Of a stretch of 64,000 bases of DNA, positions 13,170 through 26,375 are shown piece by piece. A program made the position numbers and the translations under genes. Numbering within the stretch: the first letter of the stretch is position 1; each line of letters opens with the position of its first letter. The stretch is from Macrostomum hystrix (Eukaryota > Animalia > Platyhelminthes), in NCBI GenBank assembly GCA_950097015.1, contig CATNEN010000024.1, positions 5,952,001 to 6,016,000 of the forward strand, in the 5' to 3' direction. The notes beneath the pieces are model-generated. The model did not search any database and was not told where the DNA came from. It was given only the letters and a program-made list of their open reading frames with translations.

Positions 13170-13900
13170 AATCCTCGAAGGGCATGGCGAAGTTAGCTAA
13201 TCCTTGAAGGACATGGCGAAGCTCGCTAATCCTTGTAGGACATGGCGAAGCTTAGCTAATCCTTGTAGGACATGGCGAAGCTCGCTAATCCTTGTAGGAT
13301 ATGGCGAAGCTCGCTAATCCTTGTCGGACATGGCGAAGCTTAGCTAATCCTTGTCGGACATGGCGAAGCTTAGCTAATCCTTGTAGGACATGGCGAAGCT
13401 CGCTAATCCTTGTAGGACATGGCGAAGCTCGCTAATCCTTGTCGGACATGGCGAAGCTCGCTAATCCTTGTCGGACATGGCGAAGCTCGCTAATCCTTGT
13501 AGGACATGGCGAAGCTCGCTAATCCTTGTAGGACATGGCGAAGCTCGCTAATCCTTGTCGGACATGGCGAAGCTCGCTAATCCTTGTAGGACATGGCGAA
13601 GCTCGCTAATCCTTGTAGGACATGGCGAAGCTCGCTAATCCTTGTCGGACATGGCGAAGCTCCTTGTAGGACATGGCGAAGCTTAGCTAATCCTTGTAGG
13701 ACATGGCGAAGCTTAGCTAATCCTTGTAGGACATGGCGAAGCTCGCTAATCCTTGTAGGACATGGCGAAGCTCGCTAATCCTTGTAGGACATGGCGAAGC
13801 TCGCTAATCCTTGTAGGACATGGCGAAGCTCGCTAATCCTTGTCGGACATGGCGAAGCTCGCTAATCCTTGTAGGACATGGCGAAGCTCCTTGTAGGACT
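13170..13900. repeat. Minisatellite, 29-30-bp unit CTCGCTAATCCTTGTAGGACATGGCGAAG
   Basis: Tandem periodicity. Confidence 0.95.
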
Positions 13901-14649
13901 AATCCTAGCCAATCCTTGCATTAATTGGCTTTGTCATTTTGTATATTGAGAAACTAATGGTGTTTGTCTATTGATCTAGAAAAAGACAAAGGAATACAAG
14001 ACGACAGAAGAGACAGTAGAAAGCTAAAATAATTTTTTATATTCTCCAATGAGGTAGAATCTTGAGCGACATGAGCAGTATAGTGCAGATGTTTTTATTC
14101 TTGACGATCAGTATAAATCAAGCATTAATGGTGGGTCACAATAACTAGACCATTGTTTTTGTTATTGCATATGGGTTTTTGCTTAAAACGTTATCTTTAA
14201 AGCCTTATTGAGAGCAATAAAGTTTAGAATAGAAGATAATTTACATCCAATTTTGAACAGTAAATAACTTTGTTCTTTAGTTTAATCTATGAATGATAGC
14301 AAAATGCTGAATACATATTCATTAGATTCTTAACGTCACCATTCGCCGTGACGTTCAGTGCAAGGGGGCAATAGAAATCTAACGCAAAGTAGTTCGCTGT
14401 AAATCTCTATCTATAGTACCTTTGTCGCTTTTGAATATACTGACAAAGTAGGATACAAGTATTAAGAATTACAGAGGTGTTAAAAATTGTTGGGCATGTA
14501 AATTGTACAGTATGGACATGTATACGCATCACCGGATGATGGAGCCAGAGGGAGAGACAGCTAGAAACATAAGTGCTTCAGGTTTGCAGCATCAGGAACT
14601 GACAGACATTCAGGTATTCTACCTTCTGTCGCTAACAAAACTTCTGCCA

Positions 14650-15025
14650 TAGAACCTTCAACCTTCAGGGGTCGCAACAATCCTTCAGGCTCTCAAACTT
14701 CAGGGGTCACCATCAATCCTTCAGGCAATCAACCTTCAGGGTTTACAGTCAATCCTTCAGGCACTCGGCCTTCAGGGTTTACAATCAATCCTTCAGGCAC
14801 TCGGCCTTCAGGGTTTACAATCAATCCTTCAGGCAGTCAACCTCCAGGGTTTACAATCAATCCTTCAGGCACTCGGCCTTCAGGGTTTACAATCAATCCT
14901 TCAGGCACTCAACCTTCAAGGTTTACAATCAATCCTTCAGGCACTCAACCTTCAGGGTTTACAATCAATCCTTCAGGCACTCAACCTTCAGGGTTTACAA
15001 TCAATCCTTCAGGCACTCGGCCTTC
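14650..15025. repeat. Minisatellite, 36-bp unit CAATCAATCCTTCAGGCACTCAACCTTCAGGGTTTA, just 3' of noggin
   Basis: Tandem periodicity. Confidence 0.9.
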
Positions 15026-15155
15026 AGAGGGAGCCAACAATAATTGAATCCTTCGCACTTAACAGTCGCAGACAGGTCCCTCTGGCCCACCCAGTGAGCC
15101 GACCTATTTGAGCCGGTCAGACTAAATAGTGGAAAATCTGCTCAATCGGTTCAAA

Positions 15156-15619
15156 TCAGCACCTGCAGGCGCAAGACTGCAGCACGCTGACGCTCTGCTT
15201 AACCCAGCGGCACTGCGACCTGCGCCAGTGCTTCAGGCACAGGTAGCGCAGCACCTGCAGCTGGCGGTGCCTCTCTGGCCGGCAGCGCATTCCGGGAGGC
15301 ACTGAGCAGCTGCCGCCGCCGTCAGCTCCGGCGCATTCGCCGACACGAAGCCAGCGCGGCCAGAAGGCTTTGCCGAGGTCGCGCCACCACAGGCGGACTG
15401 GGCAGGCCGAATAGGCCCAGAGAAATTTGCGCAGCTGGCGCTTCTGCTGGCGCTGGAGGAAGCGCAGGCGCAGGTGCCGGCCGTAGGGCAAGCGGACTGA
15501 GCGCCGCGGCAGCAGCTGGCCGAGGCGGGGCAGGAGGCGCGGCATGCGCGGATAGTCGAACTCCTCGGTGTCCTCGGGTGCGTCAACGCGCATGTAGCTT
15601 GGCTGGTAGTTGGCGAATC
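15156..15619 (-). CDS. NOG: Noggin (BMP antagonist), exon 2, cystine-knot domain
   Basis: LWAYSACPVRLWWRDLGKAFWPRWLRVGEC...SCSVPPGMRC...LRYLC...C...SCACRC* matches the noggin C-terminal 9-Cys pattern; acceptor gcttttttcccag| phase 1. Confidence 0.92.
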
Positions 15620-16269
15620 CTGGGAAAAAAGCAACACTTTTACTTACATTTCTACTGTCAGTAGACGATTTCTAAGGAAAGCATTTTTCAAGCCGTTGTC
15701 CGTTCTCAATGCAGGGAAGTGAAGGAGTTGGAACTTCAAAACACGAGTCTGTGAATGTCTCCGCATGGTTATTTCCATCAGTGCAAAATGTGAGAGCAAA
15801 GCAAAATGTCAACCTGCAGGTAACTTTGTTTCTAGCATTTAGGATCCTTTTAAAAGACTAAATGTGGGGCCTTTGCTCCGTGGGGTCTCTCTCGGTCTCA
15901 GGAAATGGCTCGCTAATGCACTCGGCACTGTGGCTGACCGAAGGAAAGAAAGAATGAAAAATTAGGACGCAAAAGACTGAAATGTTCTGTTTTGAAATCC
16001 AACCTAGGTCAATAAAGCCGGCCTCCATAGTGTTACCGTGGGAGTCTGGCTATTAGCAGTCAGCATTGGGTGCAGGGCAGGTGACATAGAGACTGGGCTT
16101 TCAGAAGGCATTCCAGCGCACGGCTCTTCTAAAGGGTTAAAGCATGTTGGTGAAGATCCTTGAACTAGACTATTTTTGGACATTCAATGGTTCAAAAAAT
16201 TATGCCGCAACTTCCAATGAAATCATCTGAGATTTCAATGTCTTCCTTGAATCCCGTATTGGATAACTC

Positions 16270-16585
16270 GACATCATTCACTGAATCCCCAGATGGGATT
16301 CTGCAGGGTTCCGACATCATTCACTGAATCCCAGATGGGATTCTGCAGGTTTCCGACATAATCCACTGAATTCTCAGATGGGATTCTGCAGGTTTCCGAC
16401 ATCATTCACTGAATCCCCAGATGGGATTCTGCAGGTTTCCGACATCATTCACTGAATCCCCAGATGGGATTCTGCAGGTTTCCGACATCATTCACTGAAT
16501 CCCCAGATGAGATTCTGCAGGGTTCCGACATCATTCACTGAATCCCCAGATGGGACTCTGCAAGTTCTCGACATCATTCACTGAA
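16270..16585. repeat. Noggin intron minisatellite, 43-bp unit CGACATCATTCACTGAATCCCCAGATGGGATTCTGCAGGTTTC
   Basis: Tandem periodicity. Confidence 0.9.
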
Positions 16586-16740
16586 TCATTCACATCACAT
16601 CATTCACTGAATCATTCACATCACATCATTCACTGAATCATTCACATCACATCATTCACTGAATCATTCACATCACATCATTCACTGAATCATTCACATC
16701 ACATCATTCACTGAATCATTCACATCACATCATTCACAGT
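16585..16740. repeat. Noggin intron minisatellite, 26-bp unit GAATCATTCACATCACATCATTCACT, abutting the splice donor
   Basis: Tandem periodicity. Confidence 0.9.
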
Positions 16741-16748
16741 TAGCTCAC

Positions 16749-17052
16749 CAAGCAGCTCGAGCATTTGTCCGGGTCTCAGCAGCACATCGTCTCGGTCGAA
16801 TTCCTGTTCGTCGATCATCACGGAATTCGGCGGCTGCGGCTGCGGCGGCGGCAGGGGCAGCCTATCGTACCGACTCGCCTGGTTGCTTCGCAGGCGGCGC
16901 CACATCGCCTCAGCCAGTCCCAGGCTGCTGTTGTTCGGCTCACTGACAGCCTGTGATGGCGGCACAGTTGGAAGGTTCGCACCCACTCCAGATAGGCAGC
17001 TGCAGCAGCAGCAGCAGCAGCAGATTAGCACATAGGACAGAATAGACTGCAT
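16749..17052 (-). CDS. NOG: Noggin exon 1 (signal peptide plus N-terminal region)
   Basis: ATG at 17052, hydrophobic/Cys-rich leader, LPL...DEQEFDRDDVLLRPGQMLELLG resembling noggin LPLVDLIE...LLRSLLG; donor CTTG|gtgagc phase 1; joined CDS 768 nt = 255 aa. Confidence 0.88.
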
Positions 17053-17653
17053 TTTTAATCTCAGGTATGCAAAATTTCTCTAAAGCAGACTGGGGCTATC
17101 CCTATGCGGTGAGTCTATGCGTCCCGCATCTTTCATCCTCGTTTTCCTGCTTTTTAAAATCAATCTCTCTATCGCTGCCGCCAACCAATCACAGAGCGAG
17201 GGAAGTGGAGTTTGTGCCCAGAAGTGTTAGCAGCCTATAGACCAGCGCGGAGTCTGTGGCCATTCGCCAATTTGCTCCAAACTCCTCCCATTAATTGCCG
17301 TCGGCAATTAACAACACCTGCTGCCTATCCCTGAGCCGCGAGGTCAGGTAAACCCAAGCTTTACGGGCTGGCGAGTATAAAGCGAAACGACAGGGCCAGT
17401 GGGTTTTTGGATGGGGAGGCGTGTTTAGTGGCGATCGTCGCCAGGTCCTTGGTGACACATTTTATGCATCAAGTCGGCGGCGACGCCGCGTGCTTGTTGG
17501 CGCCTCTGGCGGAGTCGAGGCTCGGTGGGCAACCAGTCCAGCTGTCCCGTGGCGCCAAGGAGACGTTTTGAGGGCAGTCAGAGGAGAAAGTGAGTGAGAG
17601 AGAGGGGGACAGGAGGGTTAAGGGAGACTGTTCAAACCGAGCTGCCGGCTCCC

Positions 17654-17668
17654 AGACGTCTGGGCGTC
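17654..17668 (-). promoter_or_regulatory. Candidate BMP-responsive element GRCGNC(N5)GTCT (Smad1/5-Smad4-Schnurri type)
   Basis: Minus strand reads GACGCC-CAGAC-GTCT, an exact consensus match ~600 bp upstream of the noggin ATG; GGCGCC also at 17499 and 17551. Confidence 0.4.
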
Positions 17669-18169
17669 TATTAGATCCGCAGCCTCTTGAAGCCATGCAA
17701 ACACAGGCGCGCACAGAGGGCCTGCAGGCGGCGGCATTCCTTTGTCTCTAGCGAAGCCGCTGCTTTGCGGGGGAGTGGCGTGTCGGCCAACACAAACGGC
17801 TAATTCAGGCGGGCCGAGAATTTTCACGCCTCTTCAGTGCAGACCCGCGCGGCCCGTCGTTGAGTCAGGAATTTTTTTAACAGCCTTGAATCTCCTTGAA
17901 GATGGCGAAGGCGAGAGCTCTCGAGTGTGGAAGGCGAGGATCCGTGGCAGTCGTGTCGCCGCTCTAAGGACAATGAAAAATGAAACAATTAGAGCCAGGA
18001 GACTGACATGAGGAGAGACCAGCTTTGCATATTTTAGTGGGTCAACCAGCCCAAGCCGTCAAATTCCAGACAGTCGAAGGAGGAAGAGGCGACTCAATCT
18101 CTCAGCTCACGCGACCGATAAAAAATTACCTATTCAAATTTTTGGTCCTATTGTATTGCGCCATCGGTC

Positions 18170-19440
18170 ATCATTTAAGATGAGAATCGGGCATCATTTA
18201 AGATGAGAATCGGGCATCATTTAAGATGAGAATCGGGCATCATTTAGGATGACAATCGGTCATCATTTAAGATGAGAATCGGTCATCATTTAAGATGAGA
18301 ATCGGTCATCATTTAAGATGAGAATCGGGCATCATTTAAGATGAGAATCGGTCATCATTTAAGATGAGAATCGGGCATCATTTAAGATGAGAATCGGTCA
18401 TCATTTAAGATGAGAATCGGGCATCATTTAAGATGAGAATCGGGCATCATTTAAGATGAGAATCGGGCATCATTTAGGATGACAATCGGTCATCATTTAA
18501 GATGAGAATCAGTCATAATTTAAGATGAGAATCAGTCATAATTTAAGATGAGAATCGGCCATCATTAAAGATGAGAATCGGTCATCATTAAAGATGAGAA
18601 TCGGTCATCATTAAAGATGAGAATCGGTCATCATATAAGATGAGAATCTGGCATCATTTAAGATGAGAATCGGTCATCATTTAAGATGAGAATCGGTCAT
18701 CATTTAAGATGAGAATCGGGCATCATTTAAGATGAGAATCAGTCATAATTTAAGATGAGAATCGGTCATCATTTAAGATGAGAATCGGTCATCATTAAAG
18801 ATGAGAATCGGTCATCATTTAAGATGAGAATCGGTCATCATTAAAGATGAGAATCAGTCATAATTTAAGATGAGAATCAGTCATAATTTAAGATGAGAAT
18901 CGGTCATCATTAAAGATGAGAATCGGTCATCATTTAAGATGAGAATCGGTCATCATTTAAGATGAGAATCGGTCATCATTTAAGATGAGAATCGGTCATC
19001 ATTTAAGATGAGAATCGGTCATCATTTAAGATGAGAATCGGGCATCATTTAAGATGAGAATCTGGCATCATTTAAGATGAGAATCGGTCATCATTTAAGA
19101 TGAGAATCGGTCATCATTTAAGATGAGAATCGGTCATCATTTAAGATGAGAATCGGTCATCATTTAAGATGAGAATCGGTCATCATTTAAGATGAGAATC
19201 GGTCATCATTTAAGATGAGAATCTGGCATCATTTAAGATGAGAATCGGTCATCATTTAAGATGAGAATCGGTCATCATTTAAGATGAGAATCGGTCATCA
19301 TTTAAGATGAGAATCGGTCATCATTTAAGATGAGAATCTGGCATCATTTAAGATGAGAATCGGTCATCATTTAAGATGAGAATCGGGCATCATTTAAGAT
19401 GAGAATCGGGCATCATTTAAGATGAGAATCGGGCATCATT
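18170..19440. repeat. Minisatellite, 23-bp unit CATCATTTAAGATGAGAATCGGT
   Basis: Tandem periodicity, about 55 copies. Confidence 0.95.
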
Positions 19441-20009
19441 TTAGAAAATCTAACACAAAAATGAAATTTCGAATATGAATCCAGTGAGTCAGCATCAACA
19501 CGGGGTGAGAAAAACTGTCGCGTTTGACAACAAATGTTGCGAAGCAGAAACACGCGCCCAAAAACGCACAGGCCTGGAAATGATTTATTACGCAATTCTC
19601 GCTGATCGCAAGCAGCCATTCCAACAACAGCCTATATCGAGTTATTTAATTGCACCTGTCCACACTTGGCTTCGCTTCTCTTTCGCGAGAAGAAAGCGGT
19701 CAGGAAAAAAGCACTCAAAGCAGAAAGAAAATTCTAAAACTTTACACCTTTGGGTTGACAAATTCTATCCAATGACTGCCATAAATTGTATCCTGCACAA
19801 TTAGGATGACATGCCTAACAGTAAAATGGGTTTTTGCTTAAAACGGACAGGTTCAATCAATGGTGGAACGTTTGCTAGAGAATGAGGTCAGTAATGCATT
19901 CAAGTTTCCTGCAACACAATTCAGAGCACTAATGCTTTAATCTCATGTCATAATGACTGAATCTCCTCTTCTAATGACAGAATCTTCTTTCAAGTGACAA
20001 TCCGCAGTC

Positions 20010-20290
20010 AAAACGACTGAATCTGCTGTCTAAATGACTGAATCTGCTGTCTAAATGCCTGAATCTGCTGTCTAAATGACTGAATCTGCTGTCTAAATGA
20101 CTGAATCTGCTGTCTAAATGACTAAATCTGCTGTCTAAATGCCTGAATCTGCTGTCTAAATGACTGAATCTGCTGTCTAAATGACTGAATCTGCTGTCTA
20201 AATGACTGAATCTGCTGTCTAAATGCCTGAATCTGCTGTCTAAATGACTGAATCTGCTGTCCAAATGACTGAATCGTCTGTAAATAACAG
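20010..20290. repeat. Minisatellite, 21-bp unit TGACTGAATCTGCTGTCTAAA
   Basis: Tandem periodicity. Confidence 0.95.
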
Positions 20291-20929
20291 TGTCCGACAT
20301 AAATGACTGAACATTCTTCATGATCTAAATATAGCTGAGTCAAAGTATTGGACGTGAAAGCGGGCACCATATATACGCTTTCGCTTGTACAAGCGCGTAA
20401 TTAGTTAAACAATGCTGAGTACTAAAACTGTCATGTTCGGTTTCCTTTAACTTGCATTAAGAAATGCTTCAAAAATAGAAAATAATGTTGATGAATGCAA
20501 CAAATGACTTTGCATCCAAATTGACAGGTCGAAAAATTGTATGACATGTGTCAGCCGAGATTAACGTTCTAATCAGTAAGGATGCTGACCCAGATGTGGT
20601 TAAATTATTGTCCAAATTGAGACACCATTTACCAATTAATGGCTTCTTTCGTCTTGCTCTGACATTCGCATCACCAGATGCAGACACCTGGATGACAGCG
20701 ACTATATATATATATGATTAAGGATATGACGAAACATAAAACCGCAAAGAACCAATATAAGCAACAATAACAATGGGCTATATGCACACGAGCGAGTATG
20801 AGTTAGCTTAATCCGCAAAAATGTGAGCACACATCTACTGCTGAGGAGAGACAGAATCAGAGTACAATGTTAATCCATTACCGATTCAAGAAATATTCGC
20901 TTTTTATCCGAGTTACAGCTGGTATCGTT

Positions 20930-21490
20930 GGGTTTAACTCTGCTCTAAGGACCAGTTTGAGTAGGGTTTAGCTCTGCTCTAAGGACCAGTTTAAGTAGGG
21001 CTTAAATCTGCTCTAAGGACCGGTTTGAGTAGGGCTTAACTCTGCTCTAAGGACCAGTTTGAGTAGGGCTTAACTCTGCTCTAAGGACCGGTTTGAGTAG
21101 GGCTTAACTCTGCTCTAAGGACCGGTTTGAGTAGGGCTTAACTCTGCTCTAAGGACCGGTTTGAGTAGGGCTTAACTCTGCTCTAAGGACCAGTTTGAGT
21201 AGGGCTTAACTCTGCTCTAAGGACCAGTTTGAGTAGGGCTTAACTCTGCTCTAAGGACCAGTTTGAGTAGGGTTTAAATCTGCTCTAAGGACCGGTTTGA
21301 GTAGGGCTTAACTCTGCTCTAAGGACCAGTTTGAGTAGGGCTTAAATCTGCTCTAAGGACCGGTTTGAGTAGGGCTTAACTCTGCTCTAAGGACCAGTTT
21401 GAGTAGGGCTTAACTCTGCTCTAAGGACCAGTTTGAGTAGGGCTTAACTCTGCTCTAAGGACCAGTTTGAGTAGGGCTTAAATCTGTTTT
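20930..21490. repeat. Minisatellite, 34-bp unit CTCTGCTCTAAGGACCAGTTTGAGTAGGGCTTAA
   Basis: Tandem periodicity. Confidence 0.95.
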
Positions 21491-21939
21491 AAAGTTTAGA
21501 ATAAACTCAAAATAAAGTCATCTAGAATGCAACGCACAGAACAATCAGAGAAGAATAAGGAGAGTTATTTCATTTACTTCAATCCAAAAATTATCAAATA
21601 TTCGACTCAATACCAAGCAGTCAGTAGAGAGTAAAACAGCAATGATAATAAGTCAAGGAAATATTGGAATTAGTCAATTTGGAATAAGACACACGAAGCC
21701 TATTTTATGAAGACTAGATGGCTGCTTAGCGAGATACTAAATATCATAATGAAAAATATATATTTACTGCGAATATCAAGCATATACCTTGTTCCGAAAG
21801 ACATTGACAAATAATTGAAAAAAATAATTGACTTTTTAAAATATGCAACAATAACATACAATAGAATGGCTTTGGAGACAGGCCCAGAGAATTAAAGAAG
21901 GCTGATAGGAAAAAAATAAGTTATATTTCTAACATAAGA

Positions 21940-22010
21940 GTGGAGTAGGTGATTCTGCAACTCTCATATCAAGGGTCCCGGGTTCGAATCCGCAGTGAGG
22001 CCGAGTTACA
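21940..22010 (+). mobile_element. tRNA-like/SINE head fragment
   Basis: Perfect B box GGTTCGAATCC at 21981-21991 preceded by GGTCCCG; no good A box or cloverleaf. Confidence 0.4.
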
Positions 22011-22259
22011 CTGAGTCATAATGGTCATAATGCCCAAATTGGAAAAACAGTACCAAAATAAGCATTGGCTAGTAAAAGCATTGATTAAAAAACTTTGAAA
22101 ATAATTTTTTTTCCTCACACAGAGTTTTCGAAACTAGCCTATATGTATTGAAAATGTTGAACAAAGTACAGACTCGAGCGAATAAACTCACCAAGAAGAA
22201 CTAAAAAGAGTAAGGGAAGATGAAAGCAGAGCAAGCATAGGGTATGGAGAGTGGCAGGC

Positions 22260-22604
22260 TCAGTGGCAGGCTACAGGCACCGCATCGGACGGGCCTGTCG
22301 GAACCGAGGATCGCCAACGCCTGAAGCAGTTCCAGAGCGCCAGTTCGCACAGTCCGGTGGCCAACGGTATGATCCCGGCCAGGCCGAGAACAACCGAGCG
22401 GCCGTCCGAGGAGGGCCGACCGGTGACGGGAGAGCCGCCAGCTTGGCCAATATACGGCGCCAGCAGGTGGACGGTTAGCATCGACTGCAGATTGAACGCT
22501 TTGGAGGCCAGGATGAGATAAAGTGAGGCGATGAGGGCGCTCAGCGGCCGGTCGCGGCCCCAGCGACGGCGATCGCGCTCAGCAACTTCGACTACGGCTA
22601 GGGA
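22260..22604 (-). CDS. MFSD13A: MFSD13A/TMEM180-like MFS transporter, exon 3 (last)
   Basis: SLAVVEVAERDRRRWGRDRPLSALIASL...LAGIIPLATGLCELALW parallels the MFSD13A C-terminus; acceptor ctgttcccgcag| phase 0. Confidence 0.75.
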   Translation of the reverse strand, partial: SLAVVEVAERDRRRWGRDRPLSALIASLYLILASKAFNLQSMLTVHLLAPYIGQAGGSPVTGRPSSDGRSVVLGLAGIIPLATGLCELALWNCFRRWRSSVPTGPSDAVPVACH

Positions 22605-22654
22605 CTGCGGGAACAGCGATGCGGGGGACGAGATTGGATTCTGCTAGTCCTTAA

Positions 22655-24145
22655 TCACTGTCCCCTGCCTGAATCAATGCCCCTGCCTGAATCACTGCCC
22701 CTGCCTGAATCACTGTCCCTGCCTGAATCACTGTCCCCTGCCTGAATCACTGTCACTGCCTGAATCACTGTCCCTGCCTGAATCACTGTCCCTGCCTGAA
22801 TCACTGCCCCTGCCTGAATCACTGCCCCTGCCTGAATCACTGTCCCTGCCTGAATCACTGTCCCCTGCCTGAATCACTGCCCCTGCCTGAATCACTGTCC
22901 CTGCCTGAATCACTGCCCCTGCCTGAATCACTGTCCCCTGCCTGAATCACTGCCCCTGCCTGAATCACTGTCCCTGCCTGAATCACTGTCCCTGCCTGAA
23001 TCACTGCCCCTGCCTGAATCACTGCCCCTGCCTGAATCACTGCCCCTGCCTGAATCACTGCCCCCCAGCCTGATTCACTGGCCCCAGCCTGAACTCTGCT
23101 GACCCTGAATCACTTTCCAAGCCTGAACTAGCCATCAATCACTGTCCCAGCCTGAACTAGCCCTGAATCACTGTCCAAGAATGAACTCTGCTAGCCATCA
23201 ATCACTGTCCTAGCCTGAACTAGCCCTGAATCACAGTCGAAGCCTAAACTAGCCCTGAATCACTGTCCCAGCCTGAACTAGCCCTGAATCACTGTCCAAG
23301 CCCGAGCTCTGCTAGCCCTGAATCACTGTCCAAGCCTGAACTAGCCCTGAATCACTGTCCCTGCCTGAATCACTGCCCCTGCCTGAATCACTGTCCCTGC
23401 CTGAATCACTGTCCCCTGCCTGAATCACTGTCCCTGCCTGAATCACTGCCCCTGCCTGAATCACTGTCCCTGCCTGAATCACTGTCCCCTGCCTGAATCA
23501 CTGTCCCCTGCCTGAATCACTGTCCCTGCCTGAATCACTGCCCCCTGCCTGAATCACTGTCCCTGCCTGAATCACTGTCCCCTGCCTGAATCACTGTCCC
23601 CTGCCTGAATCATTGTCCCCTGCCTGAATCATTGTCCCCTGCCTGAATCACTGCCCCTGCCTGAATCACTGCCCCCCAGCCTGATTCACTGGCCCCAGCC
23701 TGAACTCTGCTGACCCTGAATCACTTTCCAAGCCTGAACTAGCCATCAATCACTGTCCCAGCCTGAAATAGCCCTGAATCACTGTCCAAGAATGAACTCT
23801 GCTAGCTATCAATCACTGTCCCAGCCTGAACTAGCCCTGAATCACAGTCGAAGCCTAAACTAGCCCTGAATCACTGTCCTAGCCTGAACTAGCCCTGAAT
23901 CACTGTCCCAGCCTGAACTAGCCCTGAATCACTGTCCAATAATGAACTCTGCTAGCCATCAATCACTGTCCCAGCCTGAACTAGCCCTGAATCACTGTCC
24001 AAGCCTGAGCTCTGCTAGCCCTGAATCACTGTCCAAGCCTGAACTAGCCCTGAATCACTGTCCAAGCCTGAACTAGCCCTGAATCACTGTCCAAGCCTGA
24101 GCTCTGCTAGCCCTGAATCACTGTACCAGCTTGAACTCTGCTAGG
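22655..24145. repeat. Intronic minisatellite, 18-19-bp unit CCTGAATCACTG(T/C)CCCTG, with a higher-order block duplication
   Basis: Tandem periodicity; variant block at ~23063 recurs at ~23676. Confidence 0.95.
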
Positions 24146-24714
24146 CCTGAGTATTATAATTTCTTAAGCCGATTATTTATACAAACTAAAATATTGGCCG
24201 ATCCTGGCTGATGGTATACGATGAAAAGCCCATGCCATTTTAGCAGACGTGCAGAAAAAACTCAGCAGATGACAATATTCGATAAAATTCCATTGCCTAG
24301 CTACTAAGGTTACGATGGTAAGGGCTGAAACTATTGTAAACTAGGAAATTTGATAGCCATGTTGCGGTGGCCCCAAGTCAGTCAAATTATTTCAGTTGGC
24401 AAGTTTTCACTGAGTATTCAATTTCAAACTTGCTTGACCTGTTTAGGATGTCTGCCAATCTGCTTACTATTAAAAACGGTGCAGTTTCTGCAAAATACTT
24501 TGCACTGTTAGCAAACTCCGAAGGCTTGTATTAAAAAAATAAAAGTAAAAACTGAGCTAATTGCTCGTATGTGCAAAACTTCTCTCAGTTGAATTTCTAA
24601 ATATAGCAGATAACTGTTCTTTGTTATTTAAGCTAGTCTTTGAATCAAGAGTGTGAATAAATGCTATTTTCTTGTCTGAAAGTTAATTGTACCATGTGGC
24701 AATTCGTTAGATTA

Positions 24715-26310
24715 ACCCATCTGACAATATTTGATCATATTCGATAATAGATTATCCCATATGGCAATAGAATATCCCATCTGGCAATAGAATATCCCAC
24801 CTGACAATAGAACATACCATCTGAGAATAGAATATCTTATCTGAGAATAGAATATCTTATCTGAAAATAGAATATCCCACCTGACAATAGAACCTCCCAT
24901 CTGAGAATAGAATATCTTATCTGAGAATAGAATATCCCATCTGACAATAGAACATCCCATCTGAGAATAGAACATCCCATCTGAGAATAGAACATCCCAT
25001 CTGAGAATAGAATATCTTATCTGAAAATAGAATATCCCACCTGACAATAGAACCTCCCATCTGAGAATAGAATATCCCACCTGACAATAGAACATCCCAT
25101 CTGAGAATAGAATATCTTATCTGAGAATAGAATATCCCACCTGACAATAGAACATCCCATCTGAGAATAGAATATCTTATCTGAGAATAGAATATCCCAT
25201 ATGACAATAGAACATCCCATCTGAGAATAGAACATCCCATCTGAGAATAGAACATCCCATCTGAGAATAGAATATCTTATCTGAGAATAGAATATCCCAT
25301 CTGATAATAGAACATCCCATCTGAGAATAGAATATCTTATCTGAAAATAGAATATCCCACCTGACAATAGAACCTCCCATCTGAGAATAGAATATCTTAT
25401 CTGAGAATAGAATATCCCACCTGACAATAGAACATCCCATCTGAGAATAGAATATCTTATCTGAGAATAGAATATCTTAACTGAGAATAGAATATCTTAT
25501 CTGAGAATAGAATATCCCACCTGACAATAGAACATCCCATCTGAGAATGGAATATCTTCTCTGAGAATAGAATATCCCACCTGACAATAGAACATCCCAT
25601 CTGAGAATAGAATATCTTATCTGAGAATAGAATATCTTATCTGAGAATAGAATATCGTAACTGAGAATAGAATATCCCACCTGACAATAGAACATCCCAT
25701 CTGAGAATAGAATATCCCACCTGACAATAGAACATCCCATCTGTGAATAGAACATCCCATCTGAGAATAGAATATCTTATCTGAGAATAGAACATCCCAT
25801 CTAAGAATATAATATCTTATCTGAGAATAGAATATCTTATCTGAGATATAGAATATCTTATCTGAGAATAGAATATCCCATCTGGCAATAGAATATCTTA
25901 TCTGAGAATAGAATATCCCACCTGACAATAGACATCCCATCTGAGAATAGAACATCCCATCTGAGAATAGAATATCTTATCTGAGAATAGAATATCTTAT
26001 CTGAGAATAGAATATCTTTTCTGAGAAAAGAATATCTTATCTGAGAATAGAATATCTTATCTGAGAATAGAACATCCCATCTGAGAATAGAACATCCCAT
26101 CTGAGAATAGAATATCTTATCTGAGAATAGAATATCTTATCTGAGAATAGAATATCTTATCTGAGAATAGAATATCTTATCTGAGAATAGAATATCCCAT
26201 CTGGCAATAGAATATCCCATCTGAGAATAGAATATCTTATCTGAGAATAGAATATCCCATCTGGCAATAGAATATCCCATCTGAGAATAGAATATCTTTT
26301 CTGACAAAAG
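24715..26310. repeat. Intronic minisatellite, 20-bp unit ATCTGAGAATAGAATATCTT and variants
   Basis: Tandem periodicity. Confidence 0.95.
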
Positions 26311-26375
26311 AATTCCCTATTGGAAACTAGGTTATCCATCTGGGGAAGAATCCATAGATTTATCAAACGCAGTAC

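Noticed and set aside
22655-26100. Numerous 60-140-aa ORFs from intronic arrays (also 32253-33067, 37801-38366, 54241-57856)
   Set aside because: All are translations of minisatellites.
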